Positions 23,735-32,000 are shown, counted from the first letter of the stretch. The stretch is DNA of 32,000 nucleotides from an uncultured Bacteroidales bacterium (GCA_910586395.1 CAJUFX010000003.1:164893-196892), one strand, 5' to 3'. Translations and numbers: made by a program. The notes: generated from the letters alone by a model not told the origin.

Positions 23735-23754
23735 ACCGCGAAAAACCGCGAAAA
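23735..23754. repeat. Perfect tandem 10-mer ACCGCGAAAA x2 (degenerate third copy follows)
   Basis: Read directly: ACCGCGAAAA at 23735-23744 and again at 23745-23754, then CCCGCCGGAAA. Located between dnaN and the oxidoreductase operon. Confidence 0.9.
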
Positions 23755-23807
23755 CCCGCCGGAAACAAACCCGGCAATACTTTATAAACAATCTAAACAA
23801 TTATACT

Positions 23808-24035
23808 ATGGCTAAAATCAAAGGAGAAATCGTAGTAGACAAGGAACGCTGCAAAGGTTGCGAAGTCTGCACGACCGCTTGCCCGACCAAGACGATCGGC
23901 ATGTCTAAAGAAGTGAACGGCAAAGGCTACCACTTTGCCATGATGATCAGCGACACCTGCATCGGCTGTGCGTCTTGCGCGATGATCTGCCCCGACGGCG
24001 TCATCACGGTTTACAAGGCCAAAATCGAAGAATAA
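23808..24035 (+). CDS. 2x[4Fe-4S] ferredoxin, delta subunit of a four-subunit 2-oxoacid:ferredoxin oxidoreductase
   Basis: 75 aa with two CxxCxxCxxxCP motifs (CKGCEVCTTACP, CIGCASCAMICP). I moved the start to the ATG at 23808 (MAKIKGE), because the ORF-track extension is basic junk. Confidence 0.9.
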   Translation: MAKIKGEIVVDKERCKGCEVCTTACPTKTIGMSKEVNGKGYHFAMMISDTCIGCASCAMICPDGVITVYKAKIEE

Positions 24036-24156
24036 GCAGGGGAGCGAATCCCACGTTTTCAAGAGGCCGAAACCATACCCGGTTTGCCTGGGCATGGCCG
24101 GAACCGGAAAACGCGCCTTGAAAAGGAATTAAAACAACAACAAAAGCATAAAAGTA

Positions 24157-25233
24157 ATGGAAGAATTACGTTTAATGAAAGGGAACGAAGCCATCGCCGA
24201 GGCCGCCATCCGCGCCGGTTGCGACGGCTATTTCGGTTATCCTATCACGCCCCAGTCCGAGGTGATGGAATACTTGATGAAAGAACGTCCCGAAAATCGT
24301 ACCGGCATGGTGGTGCTGCAAGCCGAAAGCGAATTGGCCGCCATCAACATGGTTTACGGCGGTGCCTGCTGCGGCAAACGCGTCATGACCTCTTCGTCCA
24401 GCCCCGGTTTCAGCTTGAAACAGGAAGGCATTTCCTATATGGCCGGCGCCGAATTGCCCTGCCTTATCCTCAACGTCGTACGCGGCGGTCCCGGTCTGGG
24501 TACGATCCAGCCGGCCCAGTCCGACTATTTCCAATCCACGAAGGGCGGCGGCCACGGGGACTACCGTCTGATCGTCCTCGCGCCCTCTTCCGTACAGGAA
24601 ATGGCCGATTTTGTGGCTTTGGGCTTCGACTTGGCGTTCAAATACCGGATGCCGTCGTTGATTTTGTCGGATGGCGTCATCGGTCAGATGATGGAAAAGG
24701 TCGTATTGCCGGAACAGCGTCCGCGTTTCACGGAAGCCGAAATCCGCAAGAATACGCCTTGGGCCACGGTGGGCAAGACGCCCGACCGCGAGCACAACAT
24801 CATCACGTCCTTGGACATGGATGCGGCCAGTCAGGAAAGACACGTTCTGCACCTGCAGGAAAAATACAACGCGGTGGAACAGAACGAAGTCCGCTTTGAA
24901 GAGATTCAATGCGAAGACGCCGACTACATCTTTGTCGCCTACGGCTCATGCGCCCGTATCTGCCAGAAAGCCGTGGATTTGGCCCGCGCCAAAGGCATCA
25001 AGGTGGGTCTGTTGCGTCCCATCACGCTCTTCCCGTTCCCGACCAAGGAAATCGCCCGTCTGGCTGAAAAAGCCAAAGGCTTCCTCTCGGTGGAAATGAG
25101 TTTGGGTCAGATGGTGGAAGACGTCCGTCTGGCGGTGAACGGCAAAACGAAAGTAGAATTCTACGGTCGTGTAGGCGGTATCATCCCCAACCCGGATGAA
25201 GTAGTTAACGCATTAGAAACAAAATTATTATAG
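24157..25233 (+). CDS. 2-oxoacid:ferredoxin oxidoreductase alpha subunit (VorB/KorA type)
   Basis: MKGNEAIAEAAIRAGCDGYFGYPITPQSE is the canonical OFOR alpha N-terminus. 358 aa. Confidence 0.9.
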   Translation: MEELRLMKGNEAIAEAAIRAGCDGYFGYPITPQSEVMEYLMKERPENRTGMVVLQAESELAAINMVYGGACCGKRVMTSSSSPGFSLKQEGISYMAGAELPCLILNVVRGGPGLGTIQPAQSDYFQSTKGGGHGDYRLIVLAPSSVQEMADFVALGFDLAFKYRMPSLILSDGVIGQMMEKVVLPEQRPRFTEAEIRKNTPWATVGKTPDREHNIITSLDMDAASQERHVLHLQEKYNAVEQNEVRFEEIQCEDADYIFVAYGSCARICQKAVDLARAKGIKVGLLRPITLFPFPTKEIARLAEKAKGFLSVEMSLGQMVEDVRLAVNGKTKVEFYGRVGGIIPNPDEVVNALETKLL

Positions 25234-25241
25234 GAGGTTGT

Positions 25242-26018
25242 ATGGCATCAAACATTTGCACACCCGAGAACTTGGTTTACAAGAAAACCGCTCTCATGAC
25301 CGATAATGTCCTGCACTACTGTCCCGGTTGCGGTCACGGTACCATACACCGTACCTTGATGGAAGTCGTAGACGAAATGGGTCTTCAGGAAAAGACCATC
25401 GGCATCGCGCCGGTAGGTTGCTCGGTTTTCGCTTACAATTATATGAACGTGGATATGCAGGAAGCGGCCCACGGACGTGCGCCCGCGTTGGCGACGGCCG
25501 TCAAGCGCCTCATGCCCGAAAAGTTCGTCTTCACCTATCAGGGCGACGGCGACTTGGCGGCCATAGGCACGGCTGAAACGATTCATGCCTGCAACCGCGG
25601 CGAAAACATCCTGATGATTTTCGTGAACAACGCGATTTACGGTATGACCGGCGGTCAGATGGCGCCTACGACGCTCGAAGACATGAAGACCGCCACGAGC
25701 CCCTACGGTCGCGATGTCAATAAGGTGGGTTGGCCGTTGCGCATCACGGAAATGATTGCGCAACTCAACGGTGTCCGCAACGTTTCGCGTCATTCGGTAC
25801 ATACGGCCGCGGCCGTCCGCACGCTGAAGAAAGCGATCAAGAAAGGCATCGAAGACCAGATGGCCAACAAAGGCGGTCTGACCTTCATCGAAGTCATGTC
25901 GAACTGCAACTCCGGTTGGAAGATGAAACCGACCGACGCCAACAAATGGATGGTGGAGAACGTGTTCGAATACTTCAAGCCGGGCGACATCAAAGTAGAT
26001 GGCCAATTGGTAAGATAA
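25242..26018 (+). CDS. 2-oxoacid:ferredoxin oxidoreductase beta subunit (TPP-binding)
   Basis: CPGCGHG near the N-terminus and the TPP-binding GDGD...NN region (YQGDGDLAAIG...FVNNAIYGMTGGQ). AGGAGG lies 4 nt upstream of the ATG. Confidence 0.9.
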   Translation: MASNICTPENLVYKKTALMTDNVLHYCPGCGHGTIHRTLMEVVDEMGLQEKTIGIAPVGCSVFAYNYMNVDMQEAAHGRAPALATAVKRLMPEKFVFTYQGDGDLAAIGTAETIHACNRGENILMIFVNNAIYGMTGGQMAPTTLEDMKTATSPYGRDVNKVGWPLRITEMIAQLNGVRNVSRHSVHTAAAVRTLKKAIKKGIEDQMANKGGLTFIEVMSNCNSGWKMKPTDANKWMVENVFEYFKPGDIKVDGQLVR

Positions 26019-26047
26019 GGGATTATTCACGCTAAAATCACAAAACA

Positions 26048-26593
26048 ATGACAGAAGAAATTATTATAGCAGGATTCGGTGGGCAAGGGGTATTGTCTAT
26101 GGGCAAAATCCTGGCCTACTCGGGCGTGATGGAAAACAAGGAGGTCAGCTGGATGCCTTCCTACGGTCCTGAAATGCGCGGCGGTACGGCCAACGTATCG
26201 GTCATCATCAGCGATGAACGCATTTCCTCTCCCGTCATCAATGCTTTCGATACGGCCATCGTGCTCAACCAGCAGTCGATGGACAAATTCGAAAGCGCGG
26301 TCAAACCCGGCGGCTGCCTGATTTACGATCCCAACGGCATCACGCGTCACCCGGAACGCAAAGACATTAAAGTCTATACGATTGCGGCCAACGACGCGGC
26401 CAACGAAATGGGCTTGAGCAAAGTGTTCAACATGATCGTATTGGGCGGTTTTCTGAAAGTAAAACCGTTGCTTCAAGCCGAATTCATCCACAAAGGTTTG
26501 GAAAAATCCTTGCCGGCCCGTCACCACAATTTGATTCCGGAAAACGAGAAGGCGATAGAACTGGGTAAGTCTTTAATCAAAGAAGTACGCTAG
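26048..26593 (+). CDS. 2-oxoacid:ferredoxin oxidoreductase gamma subunit
   Basis: IIIAGFGGQGVLSMGKILA...SWMPSYGPEMRGGTANVSVIIS is the typical gamma-subunit signature. 181 aa. Confidence 0.9.
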   Translation: MTEEIIIAGFGGQGVLSMGKILAYSGVMENKEVSWMPSYGPEMRGGTANVSVIISDERISSPVINAFDTAIVLNQQSMDKFESAVKPGGCLIYDPNGITRHPERKDIKVYTIAANDAANEMGLSKVFNMIVLGGFLKVKPLLQAEFIHKGLEKSLPARHHNLIPENEKAIELGKSLIKEVR

Positions 26594-26612
26594 TTTTTTC
26601 CATTCCTCTGTT

Positions 26613-26649
26613 AAAGGCGGCTCCGTTTCAACGAGGCCGCCTTTTTTTA
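26613..26649 (+). terminator. Rho-independent terminator of the oxidoreductase operon
   Basis: AAAGGCGGC / GCCGCCTTT is a 9-bp stem followed by a T-run. Confidence 0.75.
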
Positions 26650-26676
26650 TACGCCCATTATTACCGATATTTTTAG

Positions 26677-26684
26677 TACCTTTG
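26677..26684 (+). promoter_or_regulatory. Bacteroidota -7 promoter box (TACCTTTG) for the ptb-like gene
   Basis: Exact TAnnTTTG 56 nt upstream of the ATG at 26740. Confidence 0.5.
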
Positions 26685-26739
26685 CGGTCTTTTACGGGAA
26701 ACACGCAACCTGATTAAGAATTTATAAACAATTACAAAT

Positions 26740-27648
26740 ATGGTAATCAATAAATTAGATCAAATGTTCGAGCTTCTTCGGAGCAAGGACAAAAAACGTT
26801 TGGTAGCGGCCTACGCCAACGACTCCCACACCATCGGCGCCGTAAGCAAGGCTATTGACCTCGGGATTGTAGAGGCTACCTTGGTAGGTGACGAAGCGAC
26901 AATCGCGAAAGTATGCCAGGAAGAAGGCATCGACGTCAAGAAATTCAAAATCGTGCAGGAAGCCGACGAAAACAAGGCGGCGGCCCTGGCGGTTAAATTG
27001 ATCAACGACGGCGAAGGCAATTTATTGATGAAAGGCTTGGTGAGCACCGACAAATATATGCGGGCCATTCTGAACAAGGAAAAAGGCCTGATGCCCGGAT
27101 CCAAAGCCATGCTGACCCACGTGGCCGTCATGCAGAACCCGTTTTACCACAAACTTTTGGTCGTAAGCGACATGGCCATTATTCCGGCGCCGGATTTGAA
27201 ACAGAAAGTAGCGATTTGCAACTACTTGATTTCGACGGCCAAAATGATCGGCATCGAAAAACCGAAAGTAGCGGTTATCGCGGCCACCGAACAGATGTCG
27301 GCCGGTATGCAGGCTTGCGTGGACGCCGCCTTGATTTCCAAAATGGCCGACAGAGGCCAGATTAAGGGCGCGTTCGTGGACGGTCCGTTGGCCTTGGATG
27401 TGGCCATTGACAAGGAAGCCTGCGAAATCAAGAAAATCGGCGGACAAGTAGGCGGCGATGCCGACTGCTTGCTGTTCCCGAACATCGAATCGGGCAACGT
27501 GTTCTATAAGATGCACACCAAATTCTGCAAAGGCGATTTGGGCGCGATGGTGGTCGGTGCGAAAGTACCGTGCATCCTCTCGTCGCGCGGCGACAGCGAA
27601 AAGGTAAAACTGTACTCGATTGCGTTGGCGGCTTTGTGCGCGAAATAA
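26740..27648 (+). CDS. ptb: Phosphate butyryltransferase / phosphate acyltransferase (PTA_PTB family)
   Basis: 302 aa. N-terminus KKRLVAAYANDSHTIGAVSKAIDLGIVEATLVGDE and LMKGLVSTD, with the C-terminal GAKVPCILSSRGDS, typical of Ptb. Confidence 0.85.
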   Translation: MVINKLDQMFELLRSKDKKRLVAAYANDSHTIGAVSKAIDLGIVEATLVGDEATIAKVCQEEGIDVKKFKIVQEADENKAAALAVKLINDGEGNLLMKGLVSTDKYMRAILNKEKGLMPGSKAMLTHVAVMQNPFYHKLLVVSDMAIIPAPDLKQKVAICNYLISTAKMIGIEKPKVAVIAATEQMSAGMQACVDAALISKMADRGQIKGAFVDGPLALDVAIDKEACEIKKIGGQVGGDADCLLFPNIESGNVFYKMHTKFCKGDLGAMVVGAKVPCILSSRGDSEKVKLYSIALAALCAK

Positions 27649-27676
27649 TTTATTTGCAGTTTACAAAAAAATATGT

Positions 27677-27684
27677 TACTTTTG
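27677..27684 (+). promoter_or_regulatory. Bacteroidota -7 promoter box (TACTTTTG) for rpsO
   Basis: Exact TAnnTTTG 59 nt upstream of the ATG at 27743. Confidence 0.5.
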
Positions 27685-27742
27685 CGCTCCCAAATGGGAA
27701 TTGTAAAAGTAATATAGGATACTAAAACAGACACAGGTAGTT

Positions 27743-28012
27743 ATGTACTTATCGGCTGAACAGAAACAGGAAATTTTCAAGAAACACGGCGGTGCCGCCA
27801 CGAATACCGGTAGCGTAGAAGGTCAAATCGCGTTGTTTACGGCGCGTATCCTGCACCTGACGCAACATGTGAAAGAGCATCATAACGACAAATTCACGAA
27901 CCGCGCGTTGGTTAATTTGGTCGGCAAACGCAAGAAGTTGCTCGAATACCTCAAGAAAGTGGACATCGAACGTTACAGAAATATCCTGAAAGAACTCGGT
28001 TTGCGTAAGTAA
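27743..28012 (+). CDS. rpsO: 30S ribosomal protein S15
   Basis: 89 aa containing GSVEGQIALFTARILHLTQHVKEHHNDKFTNRALVNLVGKRKKLLEYL, the canonical uS15 sequence. Confidence 0.95.
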   Translation: MYLSAEQKQEIFKKHGGAATNTGSVEGQIALFTARILHLTQHVKEHHNDKFTNRALVNLVGKRKKLLEYLKKVDIERYRNILKELGLRK

Positions 28013-28032
28013 ACCCACGTGCTGTAAGATAG

Positions 28033-28070
28033 AAAAAAGGCAATTATGTTGGTGTAATTGCCTTTTTTTC
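28033..28070 (+). terminator. Rho-independent terminator after rpsO
   Basis: GGCAATTA / TAATTGCC stem flanked by an A-run and a T7 run. Confidence 0.8.
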
Positions 28071-28079
28071 TATTTTTAG

Positions 28080-28120
28080 TCCGCCCGTTTCCGGCCCGTC
28101 GCCGACGGGCGTCCGGCGGA
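28080..28120 (+). promoter_or_regulatory. GC-rich extended stem-loop in the rpsO-pnp intergenic region (candidate pnp leader processing or attenuation element)
   Basis: Outer stem TCCGCC (28080-85) / GGCGGA (28115-120). Inner stem GCCCGT (28094-99) / ACGGGC (28105-110). TTTCATCTT follows. Confidence 0.4.
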
Positions 28121-28198
28121 TTTCATCTTACGGGCACCGCATGTCATTTCGGAAAACACACGAGATTTTATTAAGATACAGTAGTTAAATTTGTTGTT

Positions 28199-30508
28199 AT
28201 GTTAGGAATTCAAAAAAAATTCAATCTCCCGGACGGCCGGGAGGTGACGATTGAAACCGGCAAACTGGCCAAACAGGCCGACGGTTCGGTCGTAGTCAAA
28301 TGCGGCAACACGATGATTTTAGCCACGGTCTGCAGCAAGGCGGAAGCCGGCGAGAACGTGGATTTCATGCCGCTGACCGTCGATTATCAGGAAAAATATG
28401 CGGCCGTAGGCCGTTTCCCGGGCGGTTTCTTCAAACGGGAAGCGCGTCTTTCTGAATACGAAATATTGATTTCCCGTTTGATTGACCGGGCTTTACGTCC
28501 GTTGTTCCCGGATAATTACCACGCTGAAACGCAGGTTTTGGTCACGTTGATTTCGGGTGACCGCGACACCCAGCCCGACGCCTTCGCCGCTTTGGCCGCT
28601 TCGGCCGCGCTGACGGTTTCGGACATTCCGTTCCACGGCCCGATTTCGGAGGTGCGCGTGGCGCGCATCGACGGCCAGTTCGTCATCAACCCCTCGACGA
28701 CCGATTTGGAACGTGCCGAACTGGAACTCATGGTCGGCGCGACCATCGACGACATCTCGATGGTGGAAGGCGAAATGAAAGAGGTTTCGGAAGAAATCAT
28801 GATCGAAGCCTTGAAGACGGCCCATGAAGCCATCAAGGTTCAGTGCCAGGTTCAGATGGAACTGGCCAAGGAAGTGGGCAAAGCCAAACGTGAATACAAC
28901 CACGAGACGAACGATGACGATTTGCGTCGCCTCGTAGAAGAAAAGACGTATCAAAAATGCTATGACGCCGCCCGCGAATGCGTGGCCGACAAAAAAGTCC
29001 GTCAACAGAAGATCGACCAGATCAAGGCCGACTTCATTGCCGAGAACTTTACGCCGGAAACGTTGGAAGGCAAGGAATTCATGATTTCCCGCTATTTCCA
29101 CGACGTACACCGCAAGGCGGTCCGCGACATGATTCTCAAAGAAAGAATCCGTCTGGACGGCCGCGGCCTCGAAGACATCCGTCCCATTTGGTGCGAGACC
29201 GACTATCTGCCGTCCGCCCACGGTTCGGCCATCTTCACGCGGGGCGAGACCCAGTCGCTTTCGACCGTTACGTTAGGCTCCAAATTGGACGAACAGACGA
29301 TAGACGGCGCGATTATCGAAGGTAAGAACAATTTCCTGTTGCACTATAATTTCCCGTCTTTCGCCACGGGCGAAGTCAAACCGCAGCGCGGCACGAGCCG
29401 CCGCGAGACGGGTCACGGCAACCTGGCCATGCGCGCCTTGAAACAGGTGTTGCCGACGGGGGCCGACAATCCTTATACCATCCGTGTCGTTTCCGATATT
29501 CTGGAATCGAACGGTTCTTCTTCGATGGCGACGGTCTGCGCCGGCTGCCTCGCGTTGATGGACGCCGGTGTCAAAATCAGCAAACCGGTTTCCGGTATCG
29601 CGATGGGCTTGATCACCGACCCCGAAACCGGCAACTACGCCGTCTTGTCCGATATCCTCGGCGACGAAGACCACTTGGGCGATATGGACTTCAAGGTCTG
29701 CGGTACGCGCGACGGCATCACGGCCTGTCAGATGGATATCAAGATCGACGGTCTGTCGTATGATATTTTGGCCAAGGCTTTGATGCAGGCCAAACAGGGC
29801 CGCGCCCATATCCTCGGCAAAATGCTGGAGGTATTGTCCGAACCGCGCGCCGACTACAAGCCGCATGCGCCGCGCATCATCCAGATTACGATTCCGCGCG
29901 AATTCATCGGGGCCGTCATCGGCACGGGCGGCAAGGTCATCCAGGAACTGCAACGCGAGACCGGCACCCAAATCGCCATTGAAGAAGTGGGCGAATTCGG
30001 CATCATCGATATCGCCGGCAGCAACAAGGACGGCATCGACGCGGCTTTGGAACGCATCAACGCCATTACGGCCGTACCCGAAGTGGGCGAGGTTTACCAT
30101 GGTACGGTACGCAATATCCAGCCGTTCGGCGCTTTCGTGGAAATCCTGCCCGGCAAGGACGGTCTGTTGCATATCTCCGAAATGAGCTGGAAACGCTTGG
30201 AAAAAGTGGAAGACATGCTCAAGGAAGGCGATGAAATCGATGTAAAATTGATTGACGTGGATCCGAAAACGGGTAAGCTCAAACTCTCGCACAAGGTTTT
30301 GACGCCCAAACCGGAAGGTTACAAAGAACCGGAACCGCGCGAACGCCGTCCGCGCGAAGACCGCGGCGATCGCCGCGACAGAGGCGACCGTCGGGAACGC
30401 GAATCGGCCCCGACCTTGTCCGCGCCCAAACTGCGCAGCCAAATGTCGAACGAAACGCCGGCCCAGTCCGAAACACCGGCCAATCCGGGCGACGACCTGC
30501 TGTTCTAA
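28199..30508 (+). CDS. pnp: Polyribonucleotide nucleotidyltransferase (PNPase) with a 70-aa Arg/Asp/Glu-rich C-terminal extension
   Basis: Two RNase PH domains ([27 protein letters not shown]), a KH domain ([20 protein letters not shown]) and an S1 domain ([27 protein letters not shown]). rpsO-pnp synteny is preserved. Confidence 0.95.
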   Translation: MLGIQKKFNLPDGREVTIETGKLAKQADGSVVVKCGNTMILATVCSKAEAGENVDFMPLTVDYQEKYAAVGRFPGGFFKREARLSEYEILISRLIDRALRPLFPDNYHAETQVLVTLISGDRDTQPDAFAALAASAALTVSDIPFHGPISEVRVARIDGQFVINPSTTDLERAELELMVGATIDDISMVEGEMKEVSEEIMIEALKTAHEAIKVQCQVQMELAKEVGKAKREYNHETNDDDLRRLVEEKTYQKCYDAARECVADKKVRQQKIDQIKADFIAENFTPETLEGKEFMISRYFHDVHRKAVRDMILKERIRLDGRGLEDIRPIWCETDYLPSAHGSAIFTRGETQSLSTVTLGSKLDEQTIDGAIIEGKNNFLLHYNFPSFATGEVKPQRGTSRRETGHGNLAMRALKQVLPTGADNPYTIRVVSDILESNGSSSMATVCAGCLALMDAGVKISKPVSGIAMGLITDPETGNYAVLSDILGDEDHLGDMDFKVCGTRDGITACQMDIKIDGLSYDILAKALMQAKQGRAHILGKMLEVLSEPRADYKPHAPRIIQITIPREFIGAVIGTGGKVIQELQRETGTQIAIEEVGEFGIIDIAGSNKDGIDAALERINAITAVPEVGEVYHGTVRNIQPFGAFVEILPGKDGLLHISEMSWKRLEKVEDMLKEGDEIDVKLIDVDPKTGKLKLSHKVLTPKPEGYKEPEPRERRPREDRGDRRDRGDRRERESAPTLSAPKLRSQMSNETPAQSETPANPGDDLLF

Positions 30509-30528
30509 TTTTTAACCGGACTCATTGA

Positions 30529-30565
30529 AAAAGGCCGACTCCAAACGGAGCCGGCCTTTTCTTTT
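30529..30565. terminator. Bidirectional rho-independent terminator between pnp and the convergent cinA-like gene
   Basis: GGCCGACTCC / GGAGCCGGCC is a 10-bp stem with one mismatch and an AAAC loop. A-rich on the 5' side and T-rich on the 3' side, so T-runs follow on both strands. Confidence 0.7.
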
Positions 30566-30574
30566 ATCATCTCG

Positions 30575-30598
30575 CTTCAAGTCTTCAAGTCTTCAAGG
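30575..30598. repeat. Tandem 8-mer CTTCAAGT x3 (last copy CTTCAAGG)
   Basis: Read directly. It overlaps the stop codon (30593-30595) of the minus-strand cinA-like gene. Confidence 0.9.
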
Positions 30599-31075
30599 CA
30601 ATTGGGATTTCAACAGACACAAGGCCTCGTCGGCCGCGGCTTTTATGATATCCAGCCTCGGCAAATCACCGAAATGACGACAGCTACTGACGCATCGGCC
30701 ATCGGGGCAGGCGACGGCCATCCAAACCGTGCCGACGGGCTTTTCGGGCGTACCGCCGCCCGGGCCGGCGATACCGGACGTCGCGACGGCATAGTCGCTG
30801 CCGATACGGCGGCACGCGCCCGCGGCCATGGCTTCCACCACCTCGCGGCTGACGGCCCCCACGCGCGCGATAAGTTCCTCCGGCACGTCCAGCAGGCCTG
30901 ATTTAACGGCATTGGCATACGCGACCACGCTCCCAAGAAAATAAGCCGAGCTGCCGGCCACGCCCGTAAGGCGGTGCGCGATATAGCCGCCCGTACAACT
31001 CTCGGCCGTGGCGACGGTCGCGTGCCGCGCCCTCAACAGGCGGCCGATTTCGATGGCTATGTCGGTATGATTCAT
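30593..31075 (-). CDS. CinA C-terminal domain protein / nicotinamide-nucleotide amidohydrolase (PncC-like)
   Basis: [39 protein letters not shown]...[12 protein letters not shown]...[27 protein letters not shown] is the canonical CinA/PncC domain. 160 aa. Confidence 0.9.
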   Translation of the reverse strand: MNHTDIAIEIGRLLRARHATVATAESCTGGYIAHRLTGVAGSSAYFLGSVVAYANAVKSGLLDVPEELIARVGAVSREVVEAMAAGACRRIGSDYAVATSGIAGPGGGTPEKPVGTVWMAVACPDGRCVSSCRHFGDLPRLDIIKAAADEALCLLKSQLP

Positions 31076-31096
31076 AGTGCAATATTACGAAAATAA

Positions 31097-31726
31097 TCAA
31101 TACGGCGTATCGGACGAGGCAGACCGATGCTTCTGCCGGCGACGACACACCATCACATAGTCGCCACGCAACAGACGCATGGCATAGGCATGGCGGCTCA
31201 TGACCGTGGACAAAGGCTCGTTAAGCCGCGTCGCGATTTGCTTATAAGTCAACCGTTCCACATACCGCAACTGCAACAATCGGCGTTGGGCGGGCGAGAC
31301 CGGAAGACCGTCGAAACCCGTCTGCAACAACCGCCTGACATAAGTAGCCTTGAAGGAAGACGTCGAGGGCTTGCCGCCAAACGGCTGCAAACGCGGCGAT
31401 GTCTGAAACCAAGACGCGGCATCCGCTTCCGGGCTTTCCCAACCCAAGGCCTCCCGAATCTTATCTGGGTACAGGCTGAGATGCCGACGGCTATTCGCCT
31501 GCCGGCGTATATGATCCACCAAACGCGAATAAGCCATGCAAAACAGCCAATTTTTAAGCGATTTATCGGCATCATACCGGTGGCGGTCGTACAGGTCCGC
31601 CGCCTGAAGAATACAGTCCTGCGCCAGATCGGCCGCCGTCTCGCGGTCGTTGAGATGCGACATCAGATAGTTCCGGAGATCTTGGGCATAAACGCTAGCC
31701 TGTTCTAGAAATTCTTTTTTTTTCAT
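31097..31726 (-). CDS. Sigma-70 family (ECF-type) RNA polymerase sigma factor with an unusually long region 2 to region 4 linker
   Basis: Region 2-like AADLAQDCILQAADLYDRHRYDADKSLKNWLFCMAYSRLVDHIRRQ. Region 4 HTH is RRLLQLRYVERLTYKQIATRLNEPLSTVMSRHAYAMRLLR. About 55 aa separate them. Confidence 0.85.
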   Translation of the reverse strand: MKKKEFLEQASVYAQDLRNYLMSHLNDRETAADLAQDCILQAADLYDRHRYDADKSLKNWLFCMAYSRLVDHIRRQANSRRHLSLYPDKIREALGWESPEADAASWFQTSPRLQPFGGKPSTSSFKATYVRRLLQTGFDGLPVSPAQRRLLQLRYVERLTYKQIATRLNEPLSTVMSRHAYAMRLLRGDYVMVCRRRQKHRSASSDTPY

Positions 31727-31897
31727 CTGTTTTGAAATTTGAACGTATATTTATATATCATGGTTGGCCGTCCGTCTCCGGACCGGATCACAAGGCGGGC
31801 CGATGCAAGCGGTTCCGCCATGCTTTCCGAACCACACGGCAAAACTAAACAAGCCGCCGGTGACGGCCAATTTAAAATCCTTAAAAAAGTTCAAGAA

Positions 31898-32000
31898 ATG
31901 AAGTCGATACGATTTATGATGCTCCAGATTGGCCTTTGGTGGACCGCCGGCATGTCGCCGGAGGCCATCGCCCGACCGACTGTTGAAACAAGCCTCCGGC
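31898..32000 (+). CDS. Possible 5' end of a CDS running off the window (signal-peptide-like N-terminus)
   Basis: The ATG at 31898 opens MKSIRFMMLQIGLWWTAGMSPEAIARPTVETSLR with no stop before the window edge. It is too short to assess. Confidence 0.25.
   Translation, partial: MKSIRFMMLQIGLWWTAGMSPEAIARPTVETSLR

Noticed and set aside
23758-23775. GCCGG-AAACAAAC-CCGGC hairpin as a dnaN terminator
   Set aside because: The stem is only 5 bp and no U-tract follows, so this is not convincing as an intrinsic terminator.
23676-23807. Upstream extension of the ferredoxin ORF
   Set aside because: The extension is a basic low-complexity sequence that overlaps the dnaN 3' end and the intergenic repeats. 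MAKIKGE at 23808 gives a standard 75-aa 2x[4Fe-4S] ferredoxin.
1-32000. Search for CRISPR arrays, IS elements, toxin-antitoxin pairs, retron/DGR-like reverse transcriptases and defence islands
   Set aside because: I saw no regularly spaced repeats of 25-40 nt, no terminal inverted repeats and no ORFs with nuclease, integrase or reverse-transcriptase motifs. The only repeats are 8-10 nt microrepeats.

Overview
The window reads as a chromosomal, mostly housekeeping stretch of a GC-rich (roughly 55-60% by eye) Bacteroidota genome, probably Bacteroidales. Three things support this. The Bacteroidota -7 promoter motif TAnnTTTG sits upstream of about a dozen transcription units. Most start codons have A-rich leaders without a Shine-Dalgarno sequence. 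T9SS and gliding-related genes are present (porQ, a cargo protein with a T9SS C-terminal sorting domain, a GldF-GldG fusion). Genes I am confident about are guaA, dnaN, rpsO-pnp, phoH, a four-subunit 2-oxoacid:ferredoxin oxidoreductase followed by phosphate butyryltransferase, a DegT-family aminotransferase, a GT2 glycosyltransferase, an M23 peptidase, a CinA/PncC-domain protein and an ECF-type sigma factor. RNA genes are tRNA-Arg(CCT), a CAT-anticodon tRNA and a small SRP (4.5S) RNA. I found no CRISPR array, transposase, integrase, phage genes or tRNA-flanking direct repeats. No clear-cut novel system is visible. The two best leads are (1) a translationally coupled five-gene operon ending in porQ (331-4610) that links a polyprenol-phosphate-type GT2, a GmhB-like phosphatase and a MORN-repeat protein to the T9SS, and (2) a phoH / 730-aa orphan secreted helical protein / M23 peptidase operon (13689-17972). 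The many long antisense ORFs in the six-frame track look like GC-content artefacts. All calls come from reading the translations and sequence by eye; no database search was run.
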